A stretch of 63,774 nucleotides of DNA, filler included, from Deltaproteobacteria bacterium (GTDB lineage Bacteria > Myxococcota > JACRCW01): assembly GCA_016218805.1 (NCBI GenBank). It is 4 parts of 4 records of this genome, joined end to end, with 100 filler letters (N's around TTAATTAATTAA, not from the genome) between each part and the next. Parts side by side here need not be neighbours in the genome. Positions count along the whole stretch, not along the records: positions 21,545 to 44,965 come from JACRCW010000150.1; positions 45,066 to 57,676 come from JACRCW010000002.1; 2 more parts are not named here. One strand, written 5' to 3'. A program made the translations under genes and the position numbers. The notes beneath the pieces were generated by a model, which saw only the letters and a program-made list of their open reading frames with translations, made no database searches and was not told the DNA's origin. Position 1 is the stretch's first letter; the number at the start of each line of letters is the position of its first letter. Positions 37,754 through 47,940 of the stretch are shown here, one piece after another.

Positions 37754-39460
37754 ATGGCGCAGCTGGTTGTAGGCCTGGATCTGGGCAACCACAGCATCAA
37801 GGTGGTGGGGCTGGAGCGCGCCATGCGGGGCGGGTTCCTGCCGGCATTCTTTGACGAGGAGCCGGTGCCGCAGGACACCGGTGAGGACGGCAAGCTGCTG
37901 CCGTACCCCGCGCGGGCGCGCCGGGCGCTGGAGGCGCTGCGCGCGCGCGGGCGGCTGCGCGCGGACATCCTGGTGACCGGGCTGCCGGGCGAGCTGGCAA
38001 CCAGCCGCGTGCTGACCCTGCCGCTGAAGGACCCCAAGAAGATTGCGCTGGCCCTCCCGTTGGAGCTGGAGGACACCGTCCCGTACGACTTGGAGGAGAT
38101 AGCGTGGGATTCGCTGACCATCCCGCGGCCGGACGGGGACGGCGTGGACGTGCTGGTGGGCCTGGCGCGCAAGGAGAGCGTGCAGCAGGTGCTGGACCTG
38201 TTGGGGGAGTTTGGCGCGGAGCCGCGCTACGTGGAGCTGGAATCCCTGTCATTGGACCAGCTGCGGTTGCAGCTGGCGCAGGACGAAGATGACAGCCAGG
38301 AGCCCGCGGTCACGCCGGGAGGAACGGTGATCCAGTCCGGTCCGGGGGCGCTGCCGGCGGCGGTGGCCATGCTGGACCTGGGTTCCACGCACGCCAACCT
38401 GTGCGTGGCGCGCGGGCTGGACGTCATTGCCGCGCGGACCATCATCCGCGGCGGGCAGGACCTGACGCGGACGCTGGCCAAGGAATTCAGCCTTTCGTTG
38501 GAGGAGGCGGAGAAGGGAAAGCTGCGCGAGGCCTACCTGGAGACGATAGACGCCTCCGCGGTGTACCCGGAGCAGCAGCGCATTTCCACGGCATTGAAGA
38601 GCGCGCTGGCGCCGCTGGTGCGGGAGATCCGGCAGACCATCCAGGGCGTGGTGGCGCAACACCGGGTGCGGGTGCGCAAGCTGTTCCTGACGGGCGGCGC
38701 CTCACGCGTGCCCAACCTGGCGCGTTTCCTGGCGGCGGAGCTGAACATCACCGTGCGGCCGCTGACCGCGCTGGACCGCGCGCTGCAACCGGTGCTGCCG
38801 CCCGCGGGTGAGGCCGGCCAGACGGAAACACCCACGGCACCGCAGGCCGCCGCGGCCATGGCCTACGCGCTGTCCGGGTTGAGCGCGGGGCGCGTGCGCC
38901 GCATCAACTTCCGCCAGGGTGAGATGAGTTACCGCGGCGACTACGAGTACGTGGTGGCGCGCGCACCGCAACTGGCGGCGGGGTTCATGGCGCTGGCCCT
39001 GCTGGGCGCGTTCAACGCGTACGCGCGGCACTTTGTCATTGCGCGGCAGGAGGCGGCGGTGATGCAGAAGCAGCGGGACACCTGCAAGTCCATCCTCAAC
39101 CAGCCCATGGACAGCGCGGAGCGGTGCCTGGCCATCATGCGGGAGAAGATCAATCCGGGGGTTGCGGGGGCATCCGCCATCCCGTCCCGCAGCGCGGTGG
39201 ACGCGTACATCCAGGTGGCCAGCCGGATGCCCAAGGACGTGACGGTGAAGGTGGAGAGCCTGGACGTGACGTCAGACAAGGTGCGTCTCAAGGGCACCAC
39301 GGACAGCTTTGAGAACGTGGACAAGATTGTGAAGGCGCTGGAAGGCGGCGAGTGCTTCAAGAAGGTGGAGAAAGGCCCGGCGCGGCAGGAGGGCACCAAG
39401 GTGGGGTGGAGTGCAACCGTGGACCTGGAGTGTCCGGCGCCGGCGGAGGTGCCGGGATGA
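37754..39460 (+). CDS. gspL: GspL (PilM-like actin-fold domain fused to periplasmic domain)
   Basis: VGLDLGNHSIK, LDLGSTH, GGQDLT, LTGGAS; TM; INFRQG. Confidence 0.85.
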   Translation: MAQLVVGLDLGNHSIKVVGLERAMRGGFLPAFFDEEPVPQDTGEDGKLLPYPARARRALEALRARGRLRADILVTGLPGELATSRVLTLPLKDPKKIALALPLELEDTVPYDLEEIAWDSLTIPRPDGDGVDVLVGLARKESVQQVLDLLGEFGAEPRYVELESLSLDQLRLQLAQDEDDSQEPAVTPGGTVIQSGPGALPAAVAMLDLGSTHANLCVARGLDVIAARTIIRGGQDLTRTLAKEFSLSLEEAEKGKLREAYLETIDASAVYPEQQRISTALKSALAPLVREIRQTIQGVVAQHRVRVRKLFLTGGASRVPNLARFLAAELNITVRPLTALDRALQPVLPPAGEAGQTETPTAPQAAAAMAYALSGLSAGRVRRINFRQGEMSYRGDYEYVVARAPQLAAGFMALALLGAFNAYARHFVIARQEAAVMQKQRDTCKSILNQPMDSAERCLAIMREKINPGVAGASAIPSRSAVDAYIQVASRMPKDVTVKVESLDVTSDKVRLKGTTDSFENVDKIVKALEGGECFKKVEKGPARQEGTKVGWSATVDLECPAPAEVPG

Positions 39461-40050
39461 GTGATTCCATGCAATCCGCGGCGGGCGCGTTTTCGCGGCT
39501 TACCTCCCGCGAGCAGGTGCTGGTGGTGTTCCTGGCGGTGGTGCTGCTGCTGTTTGCGGTGGGCGGCATCTACCTGCTGGTGGGCAACCGGCTGGCGCGC
39601 GAGGAGCGGCGCCTGCAGGAACGGCGCGACCAGCTGCAGATGATTGAAGGGTTGGAGGGTCGCTACCGCCAGGCGGAAGCGGAGCAGAACCAGCAGCGGC
39701 AGAAGCTGCAGCGCAATCCCGTGCAATTGTTCTCACTGCTCAACAAGACGGCACATGACCTGGGCATGGGGCTGGACAACCTCAACGAGCGCACCACGCC
39801 CATCAAGGAAGCGGGCATCAACGAGATCAGCGTGGATGTGACCTTGAAAGGGCTTTCCATCACCAAGCTGAACAAGTTCCTGGAGAAGCTGGAGGGTCCG
39901 CCCAACACGGGTCTGGTGAAGGTCACCAAGTTGAAGGCCAAGACGGCCTTTGCGGACCCGGAACTCCTGGACGTGTCCATGACCGTTGCCACCTACCGGC
40001 TGCAGGCCGGTGCCACGCCGGGCGCGGAAGCCGCGCCCGCGGAACCGTGA
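39457..40050 (+). CDS. gspM: GspM
   Basis: LTSREQVL + TM + coiled coil + ferredoxin-like C-terminus; position in operon. Confidence 0.82.
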   Translation: MSDSMQSAAGAFSRLTSREQVLVVFLAVVLLLFAVGGIYLLVGNRLAREERRLQERRDQLQMIEGLEGRYRQAEAEQNQQRQKLQRNPVQLFSLLNKTAHDLGMGLDNLNERTTPIKEAGINEISVDVTLKGLSITKLNKFLEKLEGPPNTGLVKVTKLKAKTAFADPELLDVSMTVATYRLQAGATPGAEAAPAEP

Positions 40051-41042
40051 GGCCCACCGTGGCGAACTCCCGCGTCCTGCGTTTCTTGGGATATCCGTCC
40101 TTTTTCATCACGTGCTTTCTGGTGAGCCTGTACCTCACCTTTCCCATGGACGTGATCCGCCCACGGGTGATGCATGAGATGACCAAGGCGCTCAATTCCC
40201 GCAAAAACCCCGGCCCATACGGCAAGCCGGGGCGCATCACCGTGGAAAGCATGGATTTGTACCGGTTCTCCGGGCTGGATTTCCGGGGCATGACCATCCA
40301 TGACGTCACCACGGACCCGGACCCGGCCGCCCCCATTGTGCTGGACCGCGTGCGCGTGCGGGTGGGCCTGCTGGGCCTGTTGCGCAAGCAGCTGGCGGTG
40401 TCCTTCAACGTGGACGCGTATGACGGCAACGTGGTGGGGGACGCGGTGCTGGCCGGCGAGGGCTTCCGCGAGCTGAGAAGCGTCAATGCGCACGGCGAAG
40501 GTCTGGCGTGGGGGAAGGTTGCCGCCGTGCGGGACAAGTTGAAGGTCCCGGCGGAGGGGACGCTGGGTGGCGAGGTGGACCTGACGCTGGGGAAGGACCC
40601 CAAGGACGCCAACGGCACCATCAAGCTGCGCGGCGAAAGCCTGGCAATGGGCCCCGGTGAGCTGACGCTGCCGATGTTCACCGGCCCGCTCACCCTGCCC
40701 CGCGTGGACCTGGGCAAGCTGGAGGGACTCATCAAGGTGGCGGACGGCAAGACGGGTGGCCCGCCCATCACGCTCACGGGCACGGACATCCAGGGCGCGG
40801 CGGAACTGCCCGTGCAGGTGCGCGTGCCGGCGGAGGCCAGCCAGCTGTCCGGCATCCTGCAGTTCAAGCTGTCCGAGCCCTTCCTCAAGGCCAACCCCAG
40901 GTACGCCACCGTGTTTGACTTCTCGCCGCAGATGAAACAGGCCAGGGACGAGGACGGCGTGTTCCACTTCCGCCTGCGCGGCACGGTGGGCCGGCCAGAC
41001 GCCAAGCCGGACCGGTCCGCCAAGGTGAGCCTGGGCAAGTGA
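40047..41042 (+). CDS. gspN: GspN
   Basis: LYLTFP after N-terminal TM; last gene of the operon. Confidence 0.8.
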   Translation: MRPTVANSRVLRFLGYPSFFITCFLVSLYLTFPMDVIRPRVMHEMTKALNSRKNPGPYGKPGRITVESMDLYRFSGLDFRGMTIHDVTTDPDPAAPIVLDRVRVRVGLLGLLRKQLAVSFNVDAYDGNVVGDAVLAGEGFRELRSVNAHGEGLAWGKVAAVRDKLKVPAEGTLGGEVDLTLGKDPKDANGTIKLRGESLAMGPGELTLPMFTGPLTLPRVDLGKLEGLIKVADGKTGGPPITLTGTDIQGAAELPVQVRVPAEASQLSGILQFKLSEPFLKANPRYATVFDFSPQMKQARDEDGVFHFRLRGTVGRPDAKPDRSAKVSLGK

Positions 41043-41051
41043 GCGCGCGCG

Positions 41052-42293
41052 TCAGCGGCGCGGCGTAGGCGGGGGCGAGCGCGGGGGCAGTTCCAGCGTG
41101 AAGGTGGTGCCCACCCCGATGGTGCTGGCGGCCGCCAGCTTGCCCCCCAACGCGCGCGCCAGGTCCGCGGCGAGCGGGATGCCCAGGCCGCGGGTCAGTC
41201 CGCCCATGCGCGAGACCTTCCGCCGGGTGGGCGGCATGTGGTGGAACTTCTCAAACAGCAGGGCCAGGTCCTCCGGCCCCATGCCGGGGCTGGTGTCCGT
41301 GACACGCAGCGTGACGCCGCCGTCCGCGGCGGGCTGCAGGTCCAGGGTGATGGAGCCCTTGAGCGTGGTGCGCGCGGCGTGCTGGCACAGGTTCCAGATG
41401 GCCTGGCGCAGGCGCGTGGGGTCGCTCTCCACGCGGCAGGGCTGCAGCCGCACATCCACGGCCACCTGACGGCCGCGCAACTGGTCCGCCAGGCCCTCGG
41501 CGCAGTCACGCAGCAGCGCGCCCACGTCCACCGGCAGGCACACCAGTTCCGCCTGGCCGGCCTCCAGCCGTGCCATCTCCAGCACGTCGTTGATGAGCGC
41601 CAGCAGCTGGATGGACGCTTTGCGGATGAGCTCCAGTTGTTGTTCCTGTTCCGCGGTGATGGGACCGCTGGTGCGGTCCTGCAGCACGCCGGTGAAGCCC
41701 AGGATGGTGGTCAACGGCGTGCGCAGCTCATGGCTCACGTTGGCCAGCATGGTGGAGCGCTGCGCGTACGCGTCCTGCACGCCGCGGCGGGCGACCTCCA
41801 TCTCGGAGGTCCGCACCTCCAGCTGCGAACGCAGCGCGCGCACCTGGTCCTCCAGCTCCGCCACGCGCTCCGCCATGGCGGCCAGCCGCGGGGCCAGGTC
41901 GTGGTGCGTCCGGTCCCGGTGGATGGATTGCGCCACCAGTGACGGGAGCGGCAGTTCGTAACCGGGAACGCGCATCAGCACGTCGGTGGCACCCGCCTCC
42001 AGGGCGGCGCGGATTCCGTCCTCGCTGCCAGGCGTGAGCACCACAATGGGCTGCTGCGCGTGGCTGCGCCGCAGCAGGCGGACCACTTCCAGCCCCGCTT
42101 CGTCACCGGGCAGCACCCACGCGTCATGACCGCCCTGCCGGGCGCGCTCCAACGCCTCCTCCCGGGTGGAAGCCAGTTCCGCGCGCTGGCCAGCGTCTTC
42201 CAGCGCGTGCGCAATGACCACGGCGTGATCCGGATGGGGCTCCCAGGCCAGCACGCGCAGCCGTTCGCCCGGGAGGCGGGGCCAGGCGGTCAT
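41052..42293 (-). CDS. Hybrid sensor histidine kinase (pseudo-REC + HisKA + atypical HATPase)
   Basis: ANVSHELRTPL; N-box NLCQHAART; DTSPG; GLGI; GVGTTFT; start uncertain. Confidence 0.8.
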   Translation of the reverse strand: MTAWPRLPGERLRVLAWEPHPDHAVVIAHALEDAGQRAELASTREEALERARQGGHDAWVLPGDEAGLEVVRLLRRSHAQQPIVVLTPGSEDGIRAALEAGATDVLMRVPGYELPLPSLVAQSIHRDRTHHDLAPRLAAMAERVAELEDQVRALRSQLEVRTSEMEVARRGVQDAYAQRSTMLANVSHELRTPLTTILGFTGVLQDRTSGPITAEQEQQLELIRKASIQLLALINDVLEMARLEAGQAELVCLPVDVGALLRDCAEGLADQLRGRQVAVDVRLQPCRVESDPTRLRQAIWNLCQHAARTTLKGSITLDLQPAADGGVTLRVTDTSPGMGPEDLALLFEKFHHMPPTRRKVSRMGGLTRGLGIPLAADLARALGGKLAAASTIGVGTTFTLELPPRSPPPTPRR

Positions 42294-42346
42294 GGCCTGC
42301 GTCTCCGGCGTGTCAGACCGCCCCCCGGCGGTGGTCCCCGCTCCCA

Positions 42347-43054
42347 TCAGCACCCCCGTTCCACGCGGCCAGTGTCCCACGCCCAGCGCGGGGTGTGCAC
42401 CTCGCCGGGACGCCGCACCGCGTACAGCCGCACGTCTGCGCCCTCAGGCGTGGGACGCACCGGCCCCGTCTCCACCTCCAGGCCCTGCCGCGCGGCGGCA
42501 TCCACAAACCGGCCAAAGTGCGGGCGGGAGGGGTCCGCCAGCAGCGCCGTGCCGCCGGGGGCCAGCAACGCCGCCACGCACGCCGCCAGCGGCTCGGCGA
42601 GCCGCGCCTCGTACAGCACGTCACTGCACAGCAGCAGGGGCACGGGAGCCAGGTGCGGCTGCCGCCAGTCCAGCCGCGCCACGGTCACGCGGGCGCCGGT
42701 CCCGCACGCCTGCGCGTTGCGCCGGGCCAGCTCCAGGGCGCCCTCCTGCAGGTCCGTCAGCGTCACCTGCGCACCCCTCACCGCCGCCGCCACGCCCACC
42801 ATGCCCGTGCCACAGCCCAGTTCCACCGCGCTCACGCCGTCCAGCGGCGGGCCGGCCAAGAGCGCCTCCGCCAGCACGCGCGCGGAGGGCCAGATCCACG
42901 CGTAGTATGGGATGTCGTCGTCGGGGAAGACGGGGTGCTCATCCAGCAGCCGCGCCAGGAACGCGTCCAGGTCACGGATGTGCCACACCTGCAGCGTGTG
43001 ACCCGCCAGCTCTACGGGCGTGCACGCCAGTTCCTCGGGGCGGGGCAGGGTCAT
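42347..43054 (-). CDS. Methyltransferase-16 (protein-lysine MTase-like) family protein
   Basis: IPYYAWIWPSA, ELGCGTG, LTDL, LDW, SDVLYE, ADP.R. Confidence 0.88.
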   Translation of the reverse strand: MTLPRPEELACTPVELAGHTLQVWHIRDLDAFLARLLDEHPVFPDDDIPYYAWIWPSARVLAEALLAGPPLDGVSAVELGCGTGMVGVAAAVRGAQVTLTDLQEGALELARRNAQACGTGARVTVARLDWRQPHLAPVPLLLCSDVLYEARLAEPLAACVAALLAPGGTALLADPSRPHFGRFVDAAARQGLEVETGPVRPTPEGADVRLYAVRRPGEVHTPRWAWDTGRVERGC

Positions 43055-43121
43055 GGGCACGGGGCTGACGTAGCGGGCCGCTCTGCCAGGGCGCAACGGG
43101 GGCCGCGGCCGCACGCCCGCA

Positions 43122-44582
43122 TCAGCGGAGTCCGGCCAGGGCCACCGTGGCCGCAAAGCGCGTGCCGCGTGATGACGGCGCAAGCCCCGCGTCCAGCAGT
43201 TCCAGGCGCTCCAGCATGGGTCCGAGCAGCTCGGTGACGACGGGGGCCCACGCGAGGTCCTCCTGGTCCGCCGCCGCCAGCAGCGGGACGCGCCGCAGGT
43301 TGCGCAGCACCCGGCGCCCATCCAGCCGGACCTGGAGGTGGGCGCCCGGCCATTGGCGCGGTGCCTCCTCCACCCGAACCGCGGACGACGACCGGCCGAC
43401 CGCCCGGACACTGACCCGCCGCTCCTGCTGCGTGGACTCCAGCCCGCGGTCACCCCACGCGTATACGCCGTCGGTCAACACCGCACCGTCCTGCTCCCAC
43501 TCGCGGTGCAGCCGCTGGGACCAGTCACGGGCGCCCTGTGCGCTGGGGAAGGCCGTGTGCACCTCCAGGCCGTAGCGCAGCGTTCCCCGCCACCCCACGC
43601 TCCCGGGCACGGACGCGTCCAGGCCGCGCCAGGACCACGTCCACGTCACGGGGCCCTCCAGCAACCCGTCCTGGGCCGCCCGCGCCAGCCCGCCCGCCAT
43701 GGTGCCGGGCCGGCCGCGCAGCGCCGCGCGGGCCTGTGCGGGAGCCGGCGCCACCACCACCTCCAGGGCCGGGTCCTCCTCCCGCAGCAACCCCGCCGCG
43801 GGCAGCGGCTGCAGCGCCTCCCACGGCCACGCTGCCGCCGCGTGCAGGAGCTCTCCGTCCACGCGCCACGGTCGTTGGGACACGTCCAGGCGGCCTACCA
43901 CGCCGCCCACCTCCTCCAGGGACCGTGCCGCGCGCGGCCCCGCAAATGCGCGCAGCGCAGCGCCCGCCAGCCAGGCGCGCACCCCGCCTCCGGGCAGCGC
44001 CGCCAGCGCGCGCGCGCCCCGGTCCGCCGCCCGGGCCGCGCCATCCAGGCCCACACCGCACGGCGCCGCGGCGCAGTCGCCCACGGCCACCACGCAGATT
44101 CCCCGACGACGCCAAGCCTCCGCCCCACCCGCGGGCCCGCCGCGCACCGCCGCGGCCAGGCGCTGGCACGCGGCGAGGTCGACGCCCTCCACCGCCACCA
44201 GCGGCGCCTCCTGCCCACGCGCACGCAACACAGCCACGCGCGTGCCCGGCGCCACCCCCGCATCCCGCCACGCCGCCTTGGACAGCGCATCCCACGCCCC
44301 CGCGCGTCCCCGCAGCACGCCAAGAGCCATGGGCGCCCAGGTGGGGAACGCCAATCCGGCCCAATTGAGGAGCGGCGGCACGCCGGCCACCAGCGCCGCA
44401 GCGTCGTCCGCCAGCACCAGCGCGTCAGCAACGGCGGCAAGCTCCTCCAGGCGGGCCGCTGACCCCGCGGCGTGCCCGGAGGCGGGCAACACCACCACGG
44501 CGGCCAGCAACCAGCCGGCCCGGCCCGGGCTCCGTCGCGCTGTCCCGCGTCTCAGGTCCACCGTGGCCCTCACAGCCGACAA
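43122..44582 (-). CDS. Hypothetical exported protein
   Basis: 486 aa ORF with signal-like segment, co-oriented with downstream genes; start uncertain. Confidence 0.5.
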   Translation of the reverse strand: MSAVRATVDLRRGTARRSPGRAGWLLAAVVVLPASGHAAGSAARLEELAAVADALVLADDAAALVAGVPPLLNWAGLAFPTWAPMALGVLRGRAGAWDALSKAAWRDAGVAPGTRVAVLRARGQEAPLVAVEGVDLAACQRLAAAVRGGPAGGAEAWRRRGICVVAVGDCAAAPCGVGLDGAARAADRGARALAALPGGGVRAWLAGAALRAFAGPRAARSLEEVGGVVGRLDVSQRPWRVDGELLHAAAAWPWEALQPLPAAGLLREEDPALEVVVAPAPAQARAALRGRPGTMAGGLARAAQDGLLEGPVTWTWSWRGLDASVPGSVGWRGTLRYGLEVHTAFPSAQGARDWSQRLHREWEQDGAVLTDGVYAWGDRGLESTQQERRVSVRAVGRSSSAVRVEEAPRQWPGAHLQVRLDGRRVLRNLRRVPLLAAADQEDLAWAPVVTELLGPMLERLELLDAGLAPSSRGTRFAATVALAGLR

Positions 44583-44689
44583 CTCGGGCCGCAGCGGGCG
44601 GCAGTCGTCGTCGGGGACGTTCTACCTGACGGCGGGTCAGAACCAAGCTGCCAGCACGCCCGCTCCCCCTGCGGTCCTTGGCAGGACGC

Positions 44690-44830
44690 GGGTGAAGACC
44701 AGGCGCGCCAGGGTGAAGACCAGCCGCGCCAGGGTATGAAGACCAGCCGCGTCCGGGTGAAGACCAGCCGCGTCCGGGTGAAGACCAGCCGCGTCCGGGT
44801 GAAGACCAGCCGTTCCCTTGAAGACCAGGG
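44690..44830. repeat. 21-bp tandem repeat, about 7 copies (GGGTGAAGACCAGCCGCGTCC)
   Basis: TGAAGACCAG core recurs in units starting 44690, 44711, 44732 (+2 nt), 44755, 44776, 44797 and about 44818. Confidence 0.9.
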
Positions 44831-44965
44831 CGATCGCATTCTGGCTTGGGAACTTGAGAGGGGGGCTGCGTTCCGGAGGGCCGTGAGTCGAGGCAAGGGC
44901 GTGTGGCTCTGAAAAAGGTCAGCGGAAACGATCTGTTGCGTGCGAGGTCAAAGGCGAGTCCTCGA

Positions 44966-45065
44966 NNNNNNNNNNNNNNNNNNNNNNNNNNNNNNNNNNN
45001 NNNNNNNNNTTAATTAATTAANNNNNNNNNNNNNNNNNNNNNNNNNNNNNNNNNNNNNNNNNNNN
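44966..45065. other. Artificial contig spacer
   Basis: N run + TTAATTAATTAA. Confidence 0.98.
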
Positions 45066-45694
45066 CCCGCGCGTCACCCGTCAAGGTTCGATCTAGACGA
45101 ACACTGGTCTCCTCATCGGCTGGCCGGGGCAGCTCGGATTCCCACCCCACGGGCGTACTTGAGACGCGGCCGCGCCCCCGCCCGGGTACTGACGTGGCCC
45201 GGCACGAGGACGCGCCAAAGCAATACCCGCGCCGAGGCAAAACGTTGAATTCGGCAGGTCGCGCATTGTGAAGCTGACCGGATTCCGGCCACCGTGACCG
45301 GCTTGTGGTCACCAGGCGGGGCCGCGCGCTGGGCAACCTGAAGCACGAGTTCACCTCTGCAACTTTGTTCCCGCTGTGCCGCGCGCGACTCGCGGGGCCG
45401 TGCCTGAACTTAGCGGGCGGGGTCCGGGCCATGCGCGGTCTTTCCGATCTGCTGTGTGCCCAGGCCTGCTGACAGATGCGACCTGGTGCACCCGCGCGGG
45501 CGCCGGTGTCCTTGCCCAGGCTTGCAGCGGCGGCGCGTGCGCTGAAACCACCTTCCCCACCGCCGGCGGGGAAACCACGCGAGTTCACGGGAGTTCCCCC
45601 GGGCACCGCCCCGGTTGTCGCGCCCCCCCACCCGTGGTAGTCGCGCCGGTCCATTTCGGACCCCGGTCTTACCGGGGGCCGCGCGGGGTGTTCC

Positions 45695-46093
45695 GTGGTC
45701 GGGCTGCTGCACGTGTTGCCTCAGTTGCTCATTGCCCAGGAGGCCGCGGCCGAAGAAGGCGGCGGTGGCGGTCTGGTGCCGCTCATCAGCCTGGGGCTGA
45801 TGTTTGCGGTGCTGTACTTCATGATGATCCGGCCGCAGACCAAGCAGGCCAAGGACCACCAGCAGTTCCTGTCCACGCTGCAGAAGGGGCAGGAGGTGTC
45901 CACCTCCGGCGGGCTGGTGGGGAAGGTGCACGCGGTGGGCGCGGACACCGTGGTGGTGGAGATTGCCAAGGACGTGCGCGTCACCGTGGTGCGCAGCCAC
46001 GTCTACGCATGGAAGGCGCCGGCGGCGCCGGACAAGGCCGCCCCGTCAGAGAAGTCAGCCGCGGAGCCCAAGCCCGCGGAAGCCAAGAAGTGA
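45695..46093 (+). CDS. yajC: Preprotein translocase subunit YajC
   Basis: LYFMMIRPQ..LQKGQEVSTSGGLVG; precedes secDF. Confidence 0.93.
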   Translation: MVGLLHVLPQLLIAQEAAAEEGGGGGLVPLISLGLMFAVLYFMMIRPQTKQAKDHQQFLSTLQKGQEVSTSGGLVGKVHAVGADTVVVEIAKDVRVTVVRSHVYAWKAPAAPDKAAPSEKSAAEPKPAEAKK

Positions 46094-46152
46094 ATGGGGT
46101 TCCGGTTGTTCTACCGGTGGGGTAGCGCCCCGCCTGTGAAGGAAGCGGATCG

Positions 46153-47922
46153 ATGAAAGCGTCCTGGTGGTGGCGGTTCGGGTTGGCCGTGGGGTTCATC
46201 GGGCTGGCGTGTTACGAGCTCGTCCCGTCGGCCATCTACATGTCGCTGGACGGTGAGGCCCTCAAGAAGGTGCAGGCCTCCAAGAAAGCGTTCGAGGAGA
46301 TGCTCCCCGAGTGGGCACCCCGGACCAAGATCACGCCGGGCCTGGACCTCCAGGGCGGCGTGCAACTGGTGCTGGGCGTGGACCTGCAGAAGGCCATTGC
46401 GGACAAGGCGGAGCGCATGACGGACCGCCTGCGCTTTGACCTCAATGACAAGCGCATCGCCTTTGAATCCGTCAAGCGTGATGAATCGGGTGACGGCGAC
46501 CGCATCGCGGTGGTGTTCAAGGACAAGGGCAGCCGCGAGAAGTTCGACGACGAGCTTTTGGCCAATTACCGCTACGAGTTGACCCTCACCACCCGCGGTG
46601 ACAACGAACTGCGCTTCCGCATCAGCCCGGAGTTCCTCAACTCCGTGCGCAAGGACGCGGTGGACCAGGCGGTGAAGACCATCCGCAACCGCATTGACAA
46701 GCTGGGCGTGGCGGAGCCCTCCATTGGCCGCCGCGGCACGGACGGCATCCTGGTGCAGCTGCCCGGCTACGGTAACCCGGATGAGGCCAAGCGCATCATT
46801 GGCAAGACGGCGCAGCTGGAATTCTCCATGGTGGTGGACGAGACGCGCTGGATGGACTCGGTCACGCTGCCCGCCGGCATCACGCTGCAGAAAGCGAGCT
46901 ACGGCAGCCCGCCCGCGGATGACTGGCACCTGCTCGGCGAAGACAAGGACGCCATCCTGGCCGCCGTGAAGGGCCATGTGCCGGAGACCCAGGTGGTGCG
47001 GTTTGCGGAGGTCCCGAGCGACGGCAAGACGCTGTACCGCACGTACATTGTCAACAAGCGCGCGGACCTCACGGGTGACTACATCACGGACGCGCGCGTG
47101 GCGCAGGGCAGCCCGGAGAAGCCGCAGCCCTACGTGGCGCTGGACTTCAACCCGCCGGGGGCCACGCTGTTTGAAGAGCTCACGGGCAAGAACGTGGGCA
47201 AGCGCATGGCTATTGTGCTGGAGGAGAAGGTGGACTCCGCACCGGTCATCCAGCAGAAGATTGGCGGCGGTCACTGCTCCATCACGCTGGGCGGCATGAA
47301 GAGCGCGGAGGAGATCCTCAAGGACGCCAAGGAGCTCACGCTGGTCCTCAAGGCCGGCGCCCTGCCCGCCCCCGTCACCATCCGTGAAGAGCGCTCCGTC
47401 GGCGCCAGCCTGGGCGAAGACGCCATTGCCAAAGGCAAGTGGGCCGTGGGCATCGGCGTGCTGCTCGTCTTCCTGTTCATGCTCTTCTACTACCGGTTGG
47501 CCGGCTTCTTCTCGGACCTGGCGCTGGTGGTGAACGTGGTGTTCCTGCTGGCCATCCTGGCCATGTTTGAAGCCACCCTCACCCTGCCCGGGCTGGCCGG
47601 CCTGGCGCTCACCGTGGGTATTGCGGTGGATGCCAACGTGCTCATCAATGAGCGCATCCGCGAAGAACTCCTGCTGGGGAAGACCCCCCGCGCCGCCGTG
47701 GAGGCGGGTTACGCCAAGGCCTTCACCGCCATCTTTGACTCCAACGTCTGCCACATCCTCTCCGGCGCCATCCTGTGGCAGTACGGCAGCGGCCCCGTGC
47801 AGAACTTCGCTGTCACGTTGATCATCGGCATCACAACGTCGCTGTACACCGCGCTGGTGATCACTCGCCTGTTCTTTGACTGGATGGTCTCCGACGCGGA
47901 CCGCCAGACCCTGTCCATCTGA
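46153..47922 (+). CDS. secD: Protein translocase subunit SecD
   Basis: GLDLQGG, IRNRIDKLGVAEP, AGALPAP, VDANVLINERIREE. Confidence 0.97.
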   Translation: MKASWWWRFGLAVGFIGLACYELVPSAIYMSLDGEALKKVQASKKAFEEMLPEWAPRTKITPGLDLQGGVQLVLGVDLQKAIADKAERMTDRLRFDLNDKRIAFESVKRDESGDGDRIAVVFKDKGSREKFDDELLANYRYELTLTTRGDNELRFRISPEFLNSVRKDAVDQAVKTIRNRIDKLGVAEPSIGRRGTDGILVQLPGYGNPDEAKRIIGKTAQLEFSMVVDETRWMDSVTLPAGITLQKASYGSPPADDWHLLGEDKDAILAAVKGHVPETQVVRFAEVPSDGKTLYRTYIVNKRADLTGDYITDARVAQGSPEKPQPYVALDFNPPGATLFEELTGKNVGKRMAIVLEEKVDSAPVIQQKIGGGHCSITLGGMKSAEEILKDAKELTLVLKAGALPAPVTIREERSVGASLGEDAIAKGKWAVGIGVLLVFLFMLFYYRLAGFFSDLALVVNVVFLLAILAMFEATLTLPGLAGLALTVGIAVDANVLINERIREELLLGKTPRAAVEAGYAKAFTAIFDSNVCHILSGAILWQYGSGPVQNFAVTLIIGITTSLYTALVITRLFFDWMVSDADRQTLSI

Positions 47923-47940
47923 CACGCCGGGACCGACGCC

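Noticed and set aside
25860..41042. Missing prepilin peptidase (gspO) in the T2SS operon
   Set aside because: Commonly supplied in trans by PilD, so not unusual.
44570..44896. ORF with RLVFTRT peptide repeats
   Set aside because: A translation of the 21-bp DNA repeat, broken by a 2-nt slip; no other coding evidence.
45066..45690. Long non-coding stretch before yajC as ncRNA/tRNA
   Set aside because: No cloverleaf or known RNA motif recognised; probably a promoter region next to the contig edge.
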